A stretch of DNA of 64,000 nt, taken from Eledone cirrhosa (Eukaryota). Every line of letters starts with the position of its first letter. Within the stretch, counting starts at the first letter, position 1. Where the stretch lies: positions 98,518,001-98,582,000 of the forward strand of contig OZ024742.1 of NCBI GenBank assembly GCA_964016885.1, in the 5' to 3' direction. The notes beneath the pieces were generated by a model that saw only the letters and a list, made by a program, of their open reading frames with translations, had not been told where the DNA came from and did not search any database. Shown piece after piece: positions 15,401 to 27,994 of this stretch. A program made the position numbers and the translations under genes.

Positions 15401-15905
15401 CCAGAAATCTCTGGCCTGGCAGTGCTACCGAGGAGCCTTGCCAGTTCGGGATAAACTCTACAGGCATGGAGGTGCCGTCAGCCGGGCATGTCCGAGATGC
15501 GCGCAGGGCGACGAAACCGTCCTGCACGCACTCGTCCAGTGTCCGAAAATTGCTGACTTGTGGGTTTATGTCGAACACCTGCTGTCGCGTTTAGGACGGA
15601 TCCAGCTATCATCTGAGTCTATCGTGAGGATTGCCCCGCCCTCCTCCTTTAGCCGGGAAGGGCAGGCAGTTTTTATCTGTCTGGTGGCCATGGCGAAAGA
15701 GATAGTATGGTGGACACGTTTGAAAGGGCTGAAGACGAGCACTTACCTCTTCGGTGATGCTCTGATTGACTTTTTCAAATTTCATTTGAAAAGGAAAATC
15801 AGAGTAGAGAAGGAAGTGCTCTCTTCCCAGCATTTTGTTGAAAGATGGGTGAGAGAAGCAAGAATGGCCCGAGTGAATGGGCCGACTCTGAGTATATATC
15901 TGTAA
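12486..15905 (+). CDS. LINE ORF2: AP endonuclease, reverse transcriptase, C-terminal zinc finger (1139 aa, uninterrupted)
   Basis: APE motifs SINARGL, ISETR, VYAP, GDWN, YLDR, TDH. RT motifs KSPGLDG, FRPITLLN, LDQSKAFDRV, QGCPLS, YADD. Zinc finger CPRC..ETVLHALVQC. Confidence 0.97.
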   Translation: MTSLRIGSINARGLGSSWKQGHLLNDLRSLNIDVVAISETRISEARAFAPIFGGYDVYASPSRPGSGGGVAVLFRRGLDLAIRAIFLDPEGKLVVLDVTSGDGQAFRLVAVYAPTGAGRPDFFRRLETFLGTSRSLVLVGDWNGILDARWDCVGLADRGGGCKSLTNLLRRFELSDRYRLDFPNVPMWTWTNRIGSSRSYLDRVFCREIDRSSIGCPQFKIVSYTDHKFVICVLDLDRLHRRGPGYWKLNASLPARKAYRDRISELVKRALTGAIVNNKWWFALKRAIRIESIRFSKALAIEKNRAEGELVRKLDEALSKGIATDVLAAKLALDQFFNAKHEGCVVRARVRALRHEGTKAVQWARVAEARRGNKATIRSLVDHDGRMLLDPGQMCEAFQRHFAQLFGGSGGPGRGMDFSVYLDGLPRLSATEAKCCEKPITAAEVREAMTGCTRGKSPGLDGLPYELYVQMPDLFGGLLADVYCNWQQNGRIPSSVSRGAVALLRKDPNKGDNIDNFRPITLLNTEFKILAKVLAKRLALVVGGLVGEAQTCAIPDRSIHDNLHLMRYIVERVAREPGTGGSLINLDQSKAFDRVDHRYLAAVLRAAGFGPVFRGWIAAMHSDICSVVRVNGHLSEPFNIMRSVRQGCPLSSLLYVLTLEPLLHKLETLRGVPRELGCGRSVSAYADDVTVVVSNAKHIEAIGTTLREYEAVTGAMINQEKSVGLQLGTWRGRSMPSNSVVGRWTDGPVKLLGVWFGPDLQTDKNWDEVTSRVASLTQKWAERKLSLKGRAEVANAYIASVICYRLTVVPCPKPRLTALERLLFRFLWKGRAPMVRRSICCQHPLRGGLGMPWLMMRRHALRLRHLHLFLDGDQVWSPFARRVFPQLVSLTELQSWVKRRPRGSAWRLECLQALTALDQSGNVIGGNSTSAFYRGLVEGKSDDVLGETLGVDENQLANLFGRTFGPGPMDNFQKSLAWQCYRGALPVRDKLYRHGGAVSRACPRCAQGDETVLHALVQCPKIADLWVYVEHLLSRLGRIQLSSESIVRIAPPSSFSREGQAVFICLVAMAKEIVWWTRLKGLKTSTYLFGDALIDFFKFHLKRKIRVEKEVLSSQHFVERWVREARMARVNGPTLSIYL

Positions 15906-16166
15906 ACTAAAGGTGGAAAACTGGGAGAGGGCACTTGCCTTGGTGGTCAGGGTCATTGTGGCTTTTTACTGGGCTTTCTCCACAAATGTCCCTCCGAAGT
16001 CTCCCCCCCTATTGGGGAATTTTTCATTGTTATTTTCATTGTTATTTTTGTTACATCCTCTATTTTTGTTTTTTTACACGCAGAAATGCCCATTTGTACC
16101 GTCCTGCATTGTCCTGCACTGTCCTTAATGTCTACTTTATGTAAACCCTTGTGGTTAATAAAGAAA

Positions 16167-16240
<74 letters not shown>

Positions 16241-16241
<1 letters not shown>

Positions 16242-18669
16242 CTTGAATCACAGTCATTGATGTTAGTTAACTGGAAAGTCCGTTGGAATGAATATCAAGC
16301 CACTACCTGCAGCCTCAGATATTCAGGACGTATCGGAGGGTTCTTGCTGTTCCCAGCAAGCATGCCTTTTGAAGCGTTCCAAAAAGCGTGAAGGGGCCGA
16401 TTTTCTTTAACCATCCCTGGAAACTTTTGGAGATAGTCCCCAGTGCGCCTATGACAATCGGGATCACTTTGACTTCATGGCAGTTCCAAATCCTTTTTAC
16501 CTCCCACTTAAAGTCCTGGTATCGGTTAATTTTCTCCCTCTATTCTCTTGCACTCTCGTGTCGAATGGGCAGGCCACAGCCACAATCAGACACGATCTTT
16601 TTTCTTTGTCCACAACCACCAGGTCAGGTCTATTGTCTTCCAGTTTCTTGTCCGTCTGTATCCTAAAATCCCACAGCACCTTCACCTGATCGTTCTCCAT
16701 CACCGCCTCTGCCTTATGCTCATACCATTTCTCAGAATGTGGTAAATTGTTTACTTTGCGCAGGTGCCAGTGGATCACCCTGCCCATCACATCATGTCTC
16801 CAGCCATTATAGTGGGTCTGGGCTAGGTGTTTACACTCGGATACATTGTGAGCCACAGTCTCTTCTCTATCTCCACAGATCCTGCACAGTGGGCTAGCCT
16901 CCTCCTTGTAAATATGGTGTTTCAACCACTTCGTTTTGAGGGCCTGCTCCTGCGCAGCCATTAACATTCCTTCTGTAGCCTTTTTAAGGTGTCCTCTTCT
17001 CAACCAGTTCCATGTCTGTGGATCTCTAAATTCAGTTTTCTCAAAGAAGGTACTATGAAGGGATTTTTCCTGAAGGCTGCTCTTTCTCCTTGATGTTATT
17101 TCCTCCTTGGACATCCCCTGGCCTATTGTCCCCTCCTTCAGTACAGTTCTGAGCATTGGCTCCTTACTATCAGACACGTATTTGTGTAGGTTCTTTTTCT
17201 CCATCTTAACACAGTCCTCTATGCTGATAAGACCTCTTCCACCCTAAGATCTCCTTAAGTAGAGTCTATCGACATCACTCCACTTGTGGAACATGTTGTA
17301 GATAGTCAATAGCTTCCTAGTCTTCCTATCCATTTCTTTTTGTTCAGCAACATTCCATCTCAGAATTCCCGCACTGTACCTAATAATAGACACAGCTCGG
17401 GAATTTACTGCGCTTATGGCATCTCTGCTGTTCAGATGTGACTTCAATACGCTCCTTACTCTCCGAATGTATTCAGTTCTTAACAATTTCTTCATTTTTT
17501 TGTTCTTTATACCATCAGCCTCCAGAACGCCCAAATACTTGTATCCTTCCTCAGAGTCAATTTCCTTTATCATCTCACCTGTTGGTATCTGGATTCCGTT
17601 ACTTCTGCTCAACCTACCCCTCCTCATCACAATGACTCCACACTTACTAATACCAAACTGCATACATATATCACTGCTGAAAATACGGACAGTGTCAACA
17701 AGCACATCCAACTCCTTCTCACTCTTCCCGAAGAGCTTAAGATCGTCCATGAAGAGGAGATGATTGATGGTAAGCCCTCCCTTTCCCAACCCGTATCCTG
17801 CTCTCACTTTTCGCAGTACACTGGTCAGGGGCATCAGGGCAAGGACAAACAATAGAGGGGACAGGCTGTCTCCCTGGAAGATACCTCTCTTGATCTTCAC
17901 GCTTCCCAAGGATTCTCCAGTTGATGTCAACTCTCTTTCCCAGGACCTCATACTCTTGCCCAACAACTGTCTGATGTTATCTGCCACCTTGAAGATCTCC
18001 AGGCTTTCGGTGATCCAAGAATGAGGCACCATGTCAAATGCCTTTCTGTAGTCTATCCATCCCATGGCAAGATCAGTGTGTCTCCTCCTGCAATTCCCCA
18101 TTACCATCTTATCAATAAGTAACTGGTCCTTTGTACCACGTGACTTCTTTCTGTTCGTCCGGTAACAAGTTGTTTGTGTGGAGGTGATGGTAGATTTCTT
18201 CAGACACAATGCTCGTCAACAGTTTCCACATTACGGACAGACATGTGATAGGTCTATAGTTGGTAACATCATTACCCTTGATTCGGTCTTTCATTATCAG
18301 AACTGTGGTACCTTTTTTCAACCACTCTGGTACCTCACCTGACATCAAGCAGTCATTGAACATGGTTGTCAGTTTCGGGTGGAGGGATGTTATATTTTTA
18401 ATCCAATACCCCTGCACACCATCTGGGCCTGGTGATTTCCAGTTGGTTAGTTTTTTTGCCTGCCCCTTAAGAGTTTCAACTGTGATACTCAAATCAGTTT
18501 GTTGGTGTGCCTGTTCACTGATCTCCTTCTGTACTGTCTCAATCCACCCTGCCTGGTCATTATGTCTAACATCCTGCTCCCATATTCCACTCCAGAATGT
18601 TTTAGTTTGCTCCGCCTCAGGGATCAAGTCGTTGCCTCTTTCTTTCCCCTTAAGCTGTCCAAACAGCAT
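16241..18669 (-). mobile_element. 5'-truncated R4/Dong-clade (RLE-type) non-LTR retrotransposon, frameshifted
   Basis: RT motifs [36 protein letters not shown], then CRIC..ETVAH..SEC, RHD and RPDLVVVD (restriction-like endonuclease). The 3' end runs into (AAT)n. Confidence 0.9.
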
Positions 18670-18685
18670 CTTCTTCTTCTTCTTC

Positions 18686-18732
<47 letters not shown>

Positions 18733-18741
18733 GTTGTTGTT

Positions 18742-18893
18742 CTTTGAGTCTCAGTCATTGATGTTAGTTAACTGGAAAGTTCGTTGAAATGAATATCAAG
18801 CCACTACCTGCAGCCTCAGATATTCAGGGCGTATCGGCGGGTTCTTGCTGTTCCCACCAAGCATGCCTTTAGAAGTGTTCCCAAAAGCGGGCC
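18742..18893 (-). mobile_element. Second R4/Dong 3'-terminal fragment
   Basis: Near-identical to 16241-16390, with (TTA)n on both sides. Confidence 0.9.
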
Positions 18894-18918
18894 AATATTA
18901 TTATTATTATTATTATTA

Positions 18919-19662
18919 TTCGGGATAAACTCTACAGGCACGGAAGTGCTGTCAGACGGACCTGCCCAAGATGCGCACAGAACGACGAAACCGTTCTGCA
19001 CGCACTTGTCCAATGTCCATGCATTACTGACTTGTGGAGTTATGTCGAACAGCTACTGTCGCGTGTGGAACGAATCCGGCTATCGGCCGAGTCCATAGTG
19101 AAGATCGAGCCGCCACCTTCCTTAGGTCAGGAAGAGCAGGACATTTTCCTCTGTCTGGTGGCGGTTGCGAAAGAGATTATATGGTGGACTAGGTTGAAAG
19201 GACTAAAGACAGACACTTTTCTCTTCGGCCTATCCCTCATCAACTTCTTCAGGTTTCACCTGGAAAGGAGGGTGAGGGTGGAGAGAGAAGTGCTGCCCCC
19301 CCCCCCCCAGTACATTTGCTAAAAGGTAGGTGAATGTGGCGAGAATGGCTCGTGTGAATGGGCCTACTCTGACCATGCGCCTATAGGCTGGCTAACTTGA
19401 GGAGAGGGGTGCTCTCCTGGGTGCCCTAGAAGCGCAGGGTGGTTCAGGATTGGTGGGGTACCTGAATCACCCCAGGGTCGTCCACCCCCTATCGGGGAAT
19501 TTATTTTGTTATATTTATGCATAGTATATTTTATATTTTTATATTTTCATTGTTAAATTAGTCTTGCCATTGTGCACTTTTACTCGACCTTATTGTAAAC
19601 CCCCACTGTCCCTGTCTTTGTATTGTCCCCTACATGTCGGCCCTTGTGGCTAATAAATGAAA

Positions 19663-19664
<2 letters not shown>
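18919..19664 (+). mobile_element. 3' fragment of a related Tx1 subfamily
   Basis: Homologous to ORF2 from RDKLYRHG to the C-terminus. Has a distinct 3' UTR ending AATAAATGAAATC(ATT)n. Confidence 0.9.
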
Positions 19665-19697
<33 letters not shown>

Positions 19698-22600
19698 GAA
19701 TGCCATGGTTGACGGAGGCTCGGCTCTGTAAGGTATTGTAAATTTTGACCGCTATAACAATTGTAAATTGTTTAAAACTTTAACCAAATTGTAGACAAAA
19801 ACACCCTCCTCCTCGTGAGAGGGCTCTTTCTGCCCGTTATTTGGCCCTTCGGGGTTAAATAACCGCTTATTGGGGTTTTGTGCCCAATATTCATTTTAAA
19901 CCAAAAAGAAACATGGCTGCGAAAATGAATTTTCACAAGTCACTCCCACTCATTCAGTCTTCTTCTTCCTCAATCGTCACTACAGCAGATAGTAGATTGT
20001 CTCTCTCCCTCCCTTCTCTTTCGCAAGCGACGCCAGTAAAGAAAAATAGTTTCAAAAATCACGTGCACAAAGGTGTGCGGTAAATACGAAAACCCATTTT
20101 ATTCGTCTGACGTCTTGAATAATAGCAGTAGCAGCCATAATAACAGCAGCAGCAGCAACAGCAACAGTGACAAGAAAAACAACAGTAGCAGCCGCAACAG
20201 CACCAGCAGCAGCATAAACAACAACAGCATTAGCAGCAACAGCAACAACAACAGCAGCAGCAGCAACAACAACAACAACCACAGCAACAGCGGCGGCGGC
20301 AGAAGTCGTAGTACATGCAGCAACAAAAAAAGTAACAGCAGCTCTGACGACATCAACAACAACAACAACAGCAGCAAAGAAAAAACAATCTCGTTTGCAG
20401 GTAACGCAAGGAACCTGGAAACCATCCTCATAACAAATGAGGAATTACAGGAAGCGAAGAAGATGGTGACAAAAACTGGACACCGAGCAATCTGCAAGGC
20501 AGCCGAACATTTTTTCGAAACCAACAGCACTGTACGGTCATGTACCGTACAGTAAGCACAAAATCCCGTAGGGTTGAAAGAGCCACAGAGGCTCAAATAC
20601 AAAAAGCCTTAGGTTCTGTGTGGCAGCGGAAAACGCATATCACCCGAGGCAAGAAATATGCCACCGTAGACGTGCTTTTTGCCACACCCCAGGAGGCAAA
20701 GGCTCAATCCTTAATGACCCTAAGGAGCGAGGAAATGGTGTTGGTGCCCTCCTACTGCGGGAAAAAAATTGTGAGGGTCAAACTGACCCCCCCCCCCCCC
20801 CCGGGATGGCCCCTTCTTGGCTGGCCGCGTCTGTCCTCGTCGGAATCGAGGACAAAACAACTGTACTGCAAGTACAGAAAAGAGTAAGAGAAGATTGAGT
20901 CGGCACCTCCATTGAGATGTTAATCCAAACAAACCAGGAGTGCATCGAAGCTATCCCGGATGTGATAGACTTCGATAACGGCACTCAACTGCCCATAAGT
21001 GTTGAGGGCAAACGCCCGAAATGCTTTCGCTGTCGATCGAAGACTCACCTCAGGGCCTTCTGCAACGAGAAGACCCTGAGAAAGGAGAAAAACCCCTCCT
21101 TTAGAAACCGGCTCCACTGCTACCAGCAACAGGACAAGCGGCAACCAGGAACGATCGGTCCGTGGCACCCATACCCACGCCACGGAAATCAAGAACAGCA
21201 ACAGCAGTGAAATTATTAACAACAACAACAGTAATACCAACTGCAGCTCCAACAGAGACTCCACTGCAAGCATCACCAACAACAACAAGTGAAAGAGTAG
21301 AGCTGGTACCCCTCCCCGACCTCACAGAATCAGACATGGAGTGTGAGGTGGGAGAGGGATGGCAAAGGGTCGCAAGAAGGCACAAACGCAGAAGCAGCGC
21401 ATCGTCGCCTTCGAAGAGGGAGGAAAGAAATGGAAAAAGGTAAAGGCTACTGCAAAGAGACTCACAGCAGCAACACTACCAACACCATCACCACCCACAC
21501 TAGCACCACCATCACCACCGGCGACAACCCCACCGCCAACAACAACAACACCTCCAACACCACCACCAAAAGCACCAACATCGCAAACACAACAAGAAAA
21601 CACACCCACCCACCAACAACGACAAGAAAATAGCAGAACCACACCCCACCCCTAGAAAAACAAATGCACGGCAATAAATACACACAACAAGAAACTAATG
21701 ACTTACATAATTGAACACACAGACATTTCACAGCACGACTACAAAATACCAGCACCAATCAAAACACCAACGAACATAAGACTGGTAAGAATAGCACAGA
21801 AACAACATACAAACATTAAAACGAAATTCCCCAACGCAGTTGGTGATTTCAGAGAACTAGGAGGGACTCTTAACCGGAGAGTATATTCGGACATACTCAT
21901 AGAAGAGCCGACAACCAGCCGAAGGGACGATTCAACGGTCCCTTCACCAGACGATCAAGTGAAAAGGGATGGAGAAACCATCCTTCCTCTACGAAAAGTA
22001 CGGTAAGTGGTCTTTCCCATTTTTCCACTCCATTTCAACATGACCTCACTCAGAATAGGCAGCATAAATGCGCGTGGCTTGGGGTCGTCATGGAAACAGG
22101 GCCACCTGTTCAACGACCTCAGGTCACTAAACATAGATGTAGTGGCCATCAGCGACACCAGAATCTCCGAAGCACGGGCCTTCGCACCGATCTTCGGCGG
22201 CCACAATGTGTACGCATCTCCCAGCCGTCCTGGATCGGGGGGAGAAGTTGCTGTGCTTTTTCGGAGAGGTTTGGATCTCGCCATACGGGCCATCTACCTG
22301 GACTCAGAGGGTAAGTTGGTGGTGCTGGATGTTACCAGCGGAGACGGGCAAGCTTTCAGGCTAGTGGCCGTCTATGCCCCGACAGGAGCAGGGCGGCCTG
22401 ATTTCTTCCGGCCTCTGAAGACCTTTCTTGGAACGTCCCACTCTTTAGTGTTAGTGGGCGACTGGAACGGGATCTTAGATGCACGCTGGGACTGTGTGGG
22501 ATTTGCAGATAGGGGAGGAGGGTGCGAGAGTCTCACCAACCTGCTCAGGCGTTTTGAACTGTCTGACAGGTACCGATTGGATTTCCTGAATGTGCCAATG

Positions 22601-25600
22601 TGGACTTGGACAAATCGCATAGGGTCAACCAGATCATATCTAGATAGACTATTTTGTAGGGAATAGATAGGTCTAGCATAGGCTGTCCACAATTCAATAT
22701 AGTCAGCTACACGGACCACAAATTCGTGATCTGTGTGCTTGACTTAGATAGGCTTCATAGACGAGGACCCGGCTACAGGAAGCTAAACGCGTCCTTACAA
22801 GCGTGCAAGGCCTACAGAGACGGATTAGCGAACTAGTTAAGCGGGCGTTGACGGGGGCCATTGTCAACAACAAGTGGTGGTTTGCTCTGATAAGAGCGAT
22901 TAGAATAGAGTCCATTAGGTTTAGTAAGGCTTTAGCAATAGAGAAAAATAGAGCAGAGGGAGGACTGGTTAGAAAATTAGACGAGGCGCTTAGCAAAGGC
23001 ATCGCGACCGACGTGCTTGCGGCGAAATTGGACCTTGACCAATTCTTCAATGCAATGCACGAAGGCTGTGCTGTCAGAGCTAGGGTGCGTGCTCTCAGAC
23101 ACGAGGGGGCGAAAGCCGTTCAATGGGCGCGAGTGGCGGAGGCGTGTCGTGGCAACAAAGCGACGATACGGTCTTTGGTGTACCACGACGGCGCATGCTA
23201 CTCGATCCGGGGCAAATGTGTGAAGCTTTTCAGAGACACTTCACTCAGCTGTTCGGGGGTAGCGGTGGGCCGCGTCGAGGGATGGACTTTAATGTCTATC
23301 TCGACGGACTGCCGCGGCTCTCGGCCACTGAGGCGGAGTGTTGCGAAAAGCCGATAACAGCCGCTGAAGTACGGGAGGCAATGAATGGCTGCACAAGGGG
23401 TAAATCGCCTGGTTGGATGGTCTGCCCTATGAACTTTACGTACAGATGCCAGACTTGTTCGGAGGCCTATTGGCGGACGTCTACTGCAACTAGCAACAGA
23501 ATGGGAGAATTCCCAGCTCTGTGAGTCGAGGAGCGGTGCCACTGCTGAGAAAGGATCCGAACAAGGGGGATAACATAGATAATTTCAGGCCCATAACTCT
23601 GCTAAACACGGAGTTCAAGATTTTGGCCACGGTGCTAGCAAACAGGTTGGCGCTTGTCGTTCGTGGTCTGGCGGATGACGCGCAGACATGCGCCATTCAA
23701 GACAGATCCATCCACGACAACCTCCATCTCATGCGATACATCGTAGAGAGGGTAGCTAGGGAACCTGGCACGGGTGGGTCTTTGATCAATTTAGATCAGT
23801 CGAAAGCTTTCGATAGGGTCGACCATTGTTACCTAACGGCAGTCCTGAGGGCGGCTGGCTTTGGGCCCGTCTTCAGAGGCTGGATCGCTGCCATGCACAG
23901 CGACATCTGCTATGTGGTGAGAGTGGACGGTCACCTTTCGGAACCGTTCAACATCATGCGCTTGGTCCGCCACGGATGTCCCCTCTCGTTCCTCTTGGAA
24001 GTATTGACTCTCGAGCTATTACTGCACAAACTGGAGACGTTGAGGGGCGTCTCGCGCGAACTAGGATGCGGAAGATCCGTGTCAGCATATGTGGACGATG
24101 TCAACGTAGTGGTGTCGAACGCCAAACACATCGAGGCGATCGGCACTACACTAAGAGAATACGAAGCGGTGACAGGAGCAATGCTCAACCAGGAGAAGTC
24201 AGTGGGCCTGCAGCTCGGCACCTGGAGAGGCAGGTCCATGCCGTCCAACAGCGTCGTCGGACGCTGGACGGACGGACCGGTTAAATTGCTAGGGGTCTGG
24301 TTCGGTCCGGATCTCCAGACGGACAAAAACTGGGACGAGGTGACGAGCAGGGTGGCTTCTCTCACCTAGAAATGTGCGGAGAGGAAGCTATCCCTGAAAG
24401 GACGTGCGGAGGTGGCTAACGCGTACATCGCGTCTGTCATCTGCTACCGGCTGACCGTCGTACCTTGTCCTAAGCCCCGCCTGACTGCGCTGGAGCGTTT
24501 GCTCTTTCGCTTTTTGTGGAATGGACGCGCTCCGATGGTCAGGCGGTCCATCTGTTGTCAACACCCGCTACATTGAGGGCTGGGCATGCCGTGGCTGATG
24601 ATGCGCAGACACGCGGTCAGGCTACGCCATCTCTACCTCTTCCTCGACGGTGATCAGGTGTGATCGCCGTTTGCTAGACAAGTCTTTCCCCAGCTCGTTT
24701 CCTTGACGGAGCTGCAGTCCTGGGTCATGCGAAGACCGAGATGGAGCGCCTGGAGACTGGAATGTCGACAGGCGCTCACAACCCTTGACCAATAGGGCAA
24801 TGTGAACGGTGGAAACTCCACCTCGGCGTTCTATAGAGGAGTAGTGGAGGGGAAGAGCGACGACGTACTTGGGGAAACTCTAGGCGTCGACGAAAATCAA
24901 CTAGCCAATCTCTTCGGAAGAACTTTCGGGCCGGGGCCTATGGACAACTTCCAGAAATCTCTGGCCTGACAGTGCTACCGAGGAGCCTTGCCAGTTCGAG
25001 ATAAACTCTACAGGCATGGAGGTGCCTCAACCGGGCATGTCCGAGATGCCCGCAGGGCGACGAAACCATCCTGCACGCACTCGTCCAGTGTCCGAAAATT
25101 GCTGACTTGTGGGTTTATGTCGAACACCTGCTGTCGCGTGTAGGACGGATCCGGTTATCATCTGAGTCCATCGTGAGGATCTCCCCGCCCTCTTCATTTA
25201 GCTTGGAAGGACAGGCAGTTTTTATCTCTCTGGTGGGCATGGCGAAAGAGATAGTATGGTGGACACGTTTGAAAGGGCTGAAGACGAGCACTTACCCCTT
25301 CGGTGATGCCCTGATTGACTTTTTCAAATTTCATTTAAAAAGGAAAATAAGGGTAGAGAGAGAAGTGCTCTATTCCCAGCATTTTGTTGAAAGATGGGTG
25401 AGAGAGGCAAGAATGGCCCGAGTGAATGGGCCTACTCTGAGTATGTGTCTGTAAATTAAAGGGGGAAAACTGGGAGAGGGCACTTGCCCTGGTGGTCAGG
25501 GTCACTGTGGCTTTTTAATGGGCTTTCTCCACGAATGTCCCTCGGAATTCTCCCTCCTGTTGGGGTATTTTTTATTGTTATTTTTTTGTTACATCCTCTG

Positions 25601-25709
25601 TTTTTTTTGGTATTTTACACGCAGAAATGCCCATATGTGCCGTCCTGTATTGTCCTGTACTGTCCTTAATGTCTACTTTGTGTAAACTCTTGTGGTTAAT
25701 AAAGAAAGC
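19698..25709 (+). mobile_element. Full-length Tx1/L1-clade element, copy 2 (multiple stops and frameshifts)
   Basis: Colinear with 10137-16168 throughout, with both ORFs broken. Flanked by (TTA)n on both sides. Confidence 0.95.
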
Positions 25710-25730
25710 ATTATTATTATTATTATTATT

Positions 25731-25871
25731 ACCCTTTACGATCTGAGTTCAAATCCCGCCGAGGTTAACTTTGCCTTTCATCCTTACGGGGTCGATAAAA
25801 TAAATGCCAGTAATGCACTGGGTAATTGCTGGCCTTGATCCTAAAGTAGAAACAATTATTATTATTATTAT

Positions 25872-25917
<46 letters not shown>

Positions 25918-26510
25918 CCTCAATGGCGAGGGAAACGCGCATTTCTAGCCGGTGTATAGGTTTTTATTTTGTTTAATTTAATACATGTAATCCCATTTAT
26001 ATGTAATATGCCGACAGTTTTAGTTTTCTCTCAATGTAATCATCCTAATATCGATGGACCTTGTGGCAAATAAGTGAAATAATCATCAACTTCTTATCAT
26101 CAGCATCATTTTCAGAATCGGTAGATCAACAGACACCATGCTTTGTAGCATAGAGTTATGGCCCTTTACTTCTGAATTCAAATCCGGCCGAGGGTAGCTT
26201 TGCCTTTCATCCTTACTGAGTTGATAAAACAAATTACCAATCACGGACTGGGGTAACCGAATTTCTTTTCCCTAAATTTGTTGAACTTGTGCCTAAATAA
26301 AAAATCATTATTTATTGTGGATTGGCAGTATCGGTAGAGGGTCGGACGCCATGCTTTGACGCAAAGAGTTACAGCCCTTTCCATTCTGATTTCAAATCCC
26401 GCCGAGGTTAACTTTGCCTTTCATCCTTACGGGGTCGATAAAATAAAGTACCAGTAATACACTGTAATTTGCTGGCCTTGTGCCAAAAGTAGAAACAATT
26501 ATTTATTATT
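25731..26510 (+). mobile_element. Cluster of three tRNA-type SINE copies
   Basis: Repeated A-box-like TGGCAGTATCGG, B-box-like GAGTTCAAATCC and core GCCTTTCATCCTTACGGGGTCGATAAA, with an ATT-rich tail. Further fragments lie at ~32905-32990(-) and ~36430-36520. Confidence 0.75.
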
Positions 26511-26889
26511 GATCTCCTTTCTAGACCTTTTTTCAATTGATTCGTAAGTTGTATTAATCCTAATTTGTATTTTCAATGTTCATTTTCTATCAACTGTTAA
26601 TAAGGCAACGTACATTATCTACAAAGAGGCGACCACACAATATGTAAGCATTTGGTCCAAATATTGTAAATTTTAAAGAAATTATATCCGCAAAAGCTTT
26701 AGAATAATAGACACAACTCTTCACTTTCACACCCACAAAAATATGTATCGCCTGTAAAATATTACTCACTATTTCAGCAAAAGTTCCAGGTGCACCATAA
26801 AAAATGTCACTGCCAACACCACCACTACACCATAAATTAGTGAGGCTGCACAAGCAACTGCCATAGTAACAGCATCATCAGCAGGAACA

Positions 26890-27990
26890 GTCTTCTTTTT
26901 CATCTATTTTACCAGCTTATTTCTCTGAGGGTCATGGGGACAGAATCATCAAACACTCCTTCTAGCGGGTTCTGCCAGAAGAAATTGTTTCCAACTGATC
27001 CGGCAGGATCCCCTAAGAGAGTAGTCAGAGTCAAATGTTATCCAGCCATTTTGCTTGAGGTCTCCTCGAGGGTCTTTTATTGGTTTGTTTTGCCCGTAAA
27101 ATCTGTGCAACGATTTCTCCTGAGACATAGTAACCTCATGCCTATAGAATCGGTGCAGTGATCTCTTAATTCGGAACAGTAGCTTCTCCAAAATCCTCCA
27201 GAGGAACCCCATTTGTGCCACATGTATTCGCGATCCTATTATTTCGGTCATTACCAAAGATTCATGACCATAGGAAAGGGTTGACACGAATAACGAATTG
27301 AAGATAAGTTTGGCTTTTTCACCTGCCTCCCTTCTTCTGATTACCTAATTTTGAAGTTTGCGCATTACTGCACTAGCTCCTGCAATTCAGCCTCCTGCCT
27401 TCCATCACTCATGAACACGGCCCCGAGATACTTGAATTTCTTCACCTGTTTCAGTGGAACTCCATTTCACATGTAGAGTGTTCTGTGCAGCCTTTCTTGA
27501 GTAGAGAAGTGACTCAGTTTTTGCGGCACTTATTTTTATTACAGCAATGCAGCACTCGCCATCAAACCTATCGAGTTAAGTAATACAATGTCGTCTGCTA
27601 ATTCCAGCAGACTGATTCTACACTTGCTAGTCGCGATATCACTTCCACTTCGGCTGCGCATGTGGATCCTCTTCATGATGAATATATTGAAAATGTGGGG
27701 TGACAGTCGCACCTTCGTGGAGTTCAACTACAACATTGAGATTCAGCCGCATTTAACCAAAAACAACCAAGCGGCCATTCATATCAAGGCAACAAGAAAC
27801 TGACCATTGATCCCATACTCCTACAACAGCTTCCACATATCAGGTCCTGCGGAAGACAGTCATGTGCCTTTTCGATATCTACAAAACATATATCTAGCTC
27901 TTTGCAATTTTCCCACGATTTCTGCACGACAAGCGGCTGTGTGTGGATTTGGTCGACTGTGCTGTGTTGAGCTGCATTGTAAATGCACCT
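26890..27990 (-). mobile_element. Degenerate RTE-clade LINE (RT and C-terminal part)
   Basis: Fragments LADDIVL, KQVKKFKYLG and TLSYGHES.VMTE...AQMGFL on the minus strand. Confidence 0.7.
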
Positions 27991-27994
27991 GGCC

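Larger units (their letters stand above)
10137..16168 (+). mobile_element. Full-length Tx1/L1-clade non-LTR retrotransposon, copy 1
   Basis: Two ORFs. The 5' end GAATGCCATGG is identical to copy 2 at 19698. AATAAA at 16157 is followed by (ATT)n. Both flanks are (TTA)n. Confidence 0.95.

Noticed and set aside
10596-15956. Antisense and alternative-frame ORFs over the Tx1 element
   Set aside because: Shadows of GC-rich or low-complexity coding sequence with no recognisable motifs.
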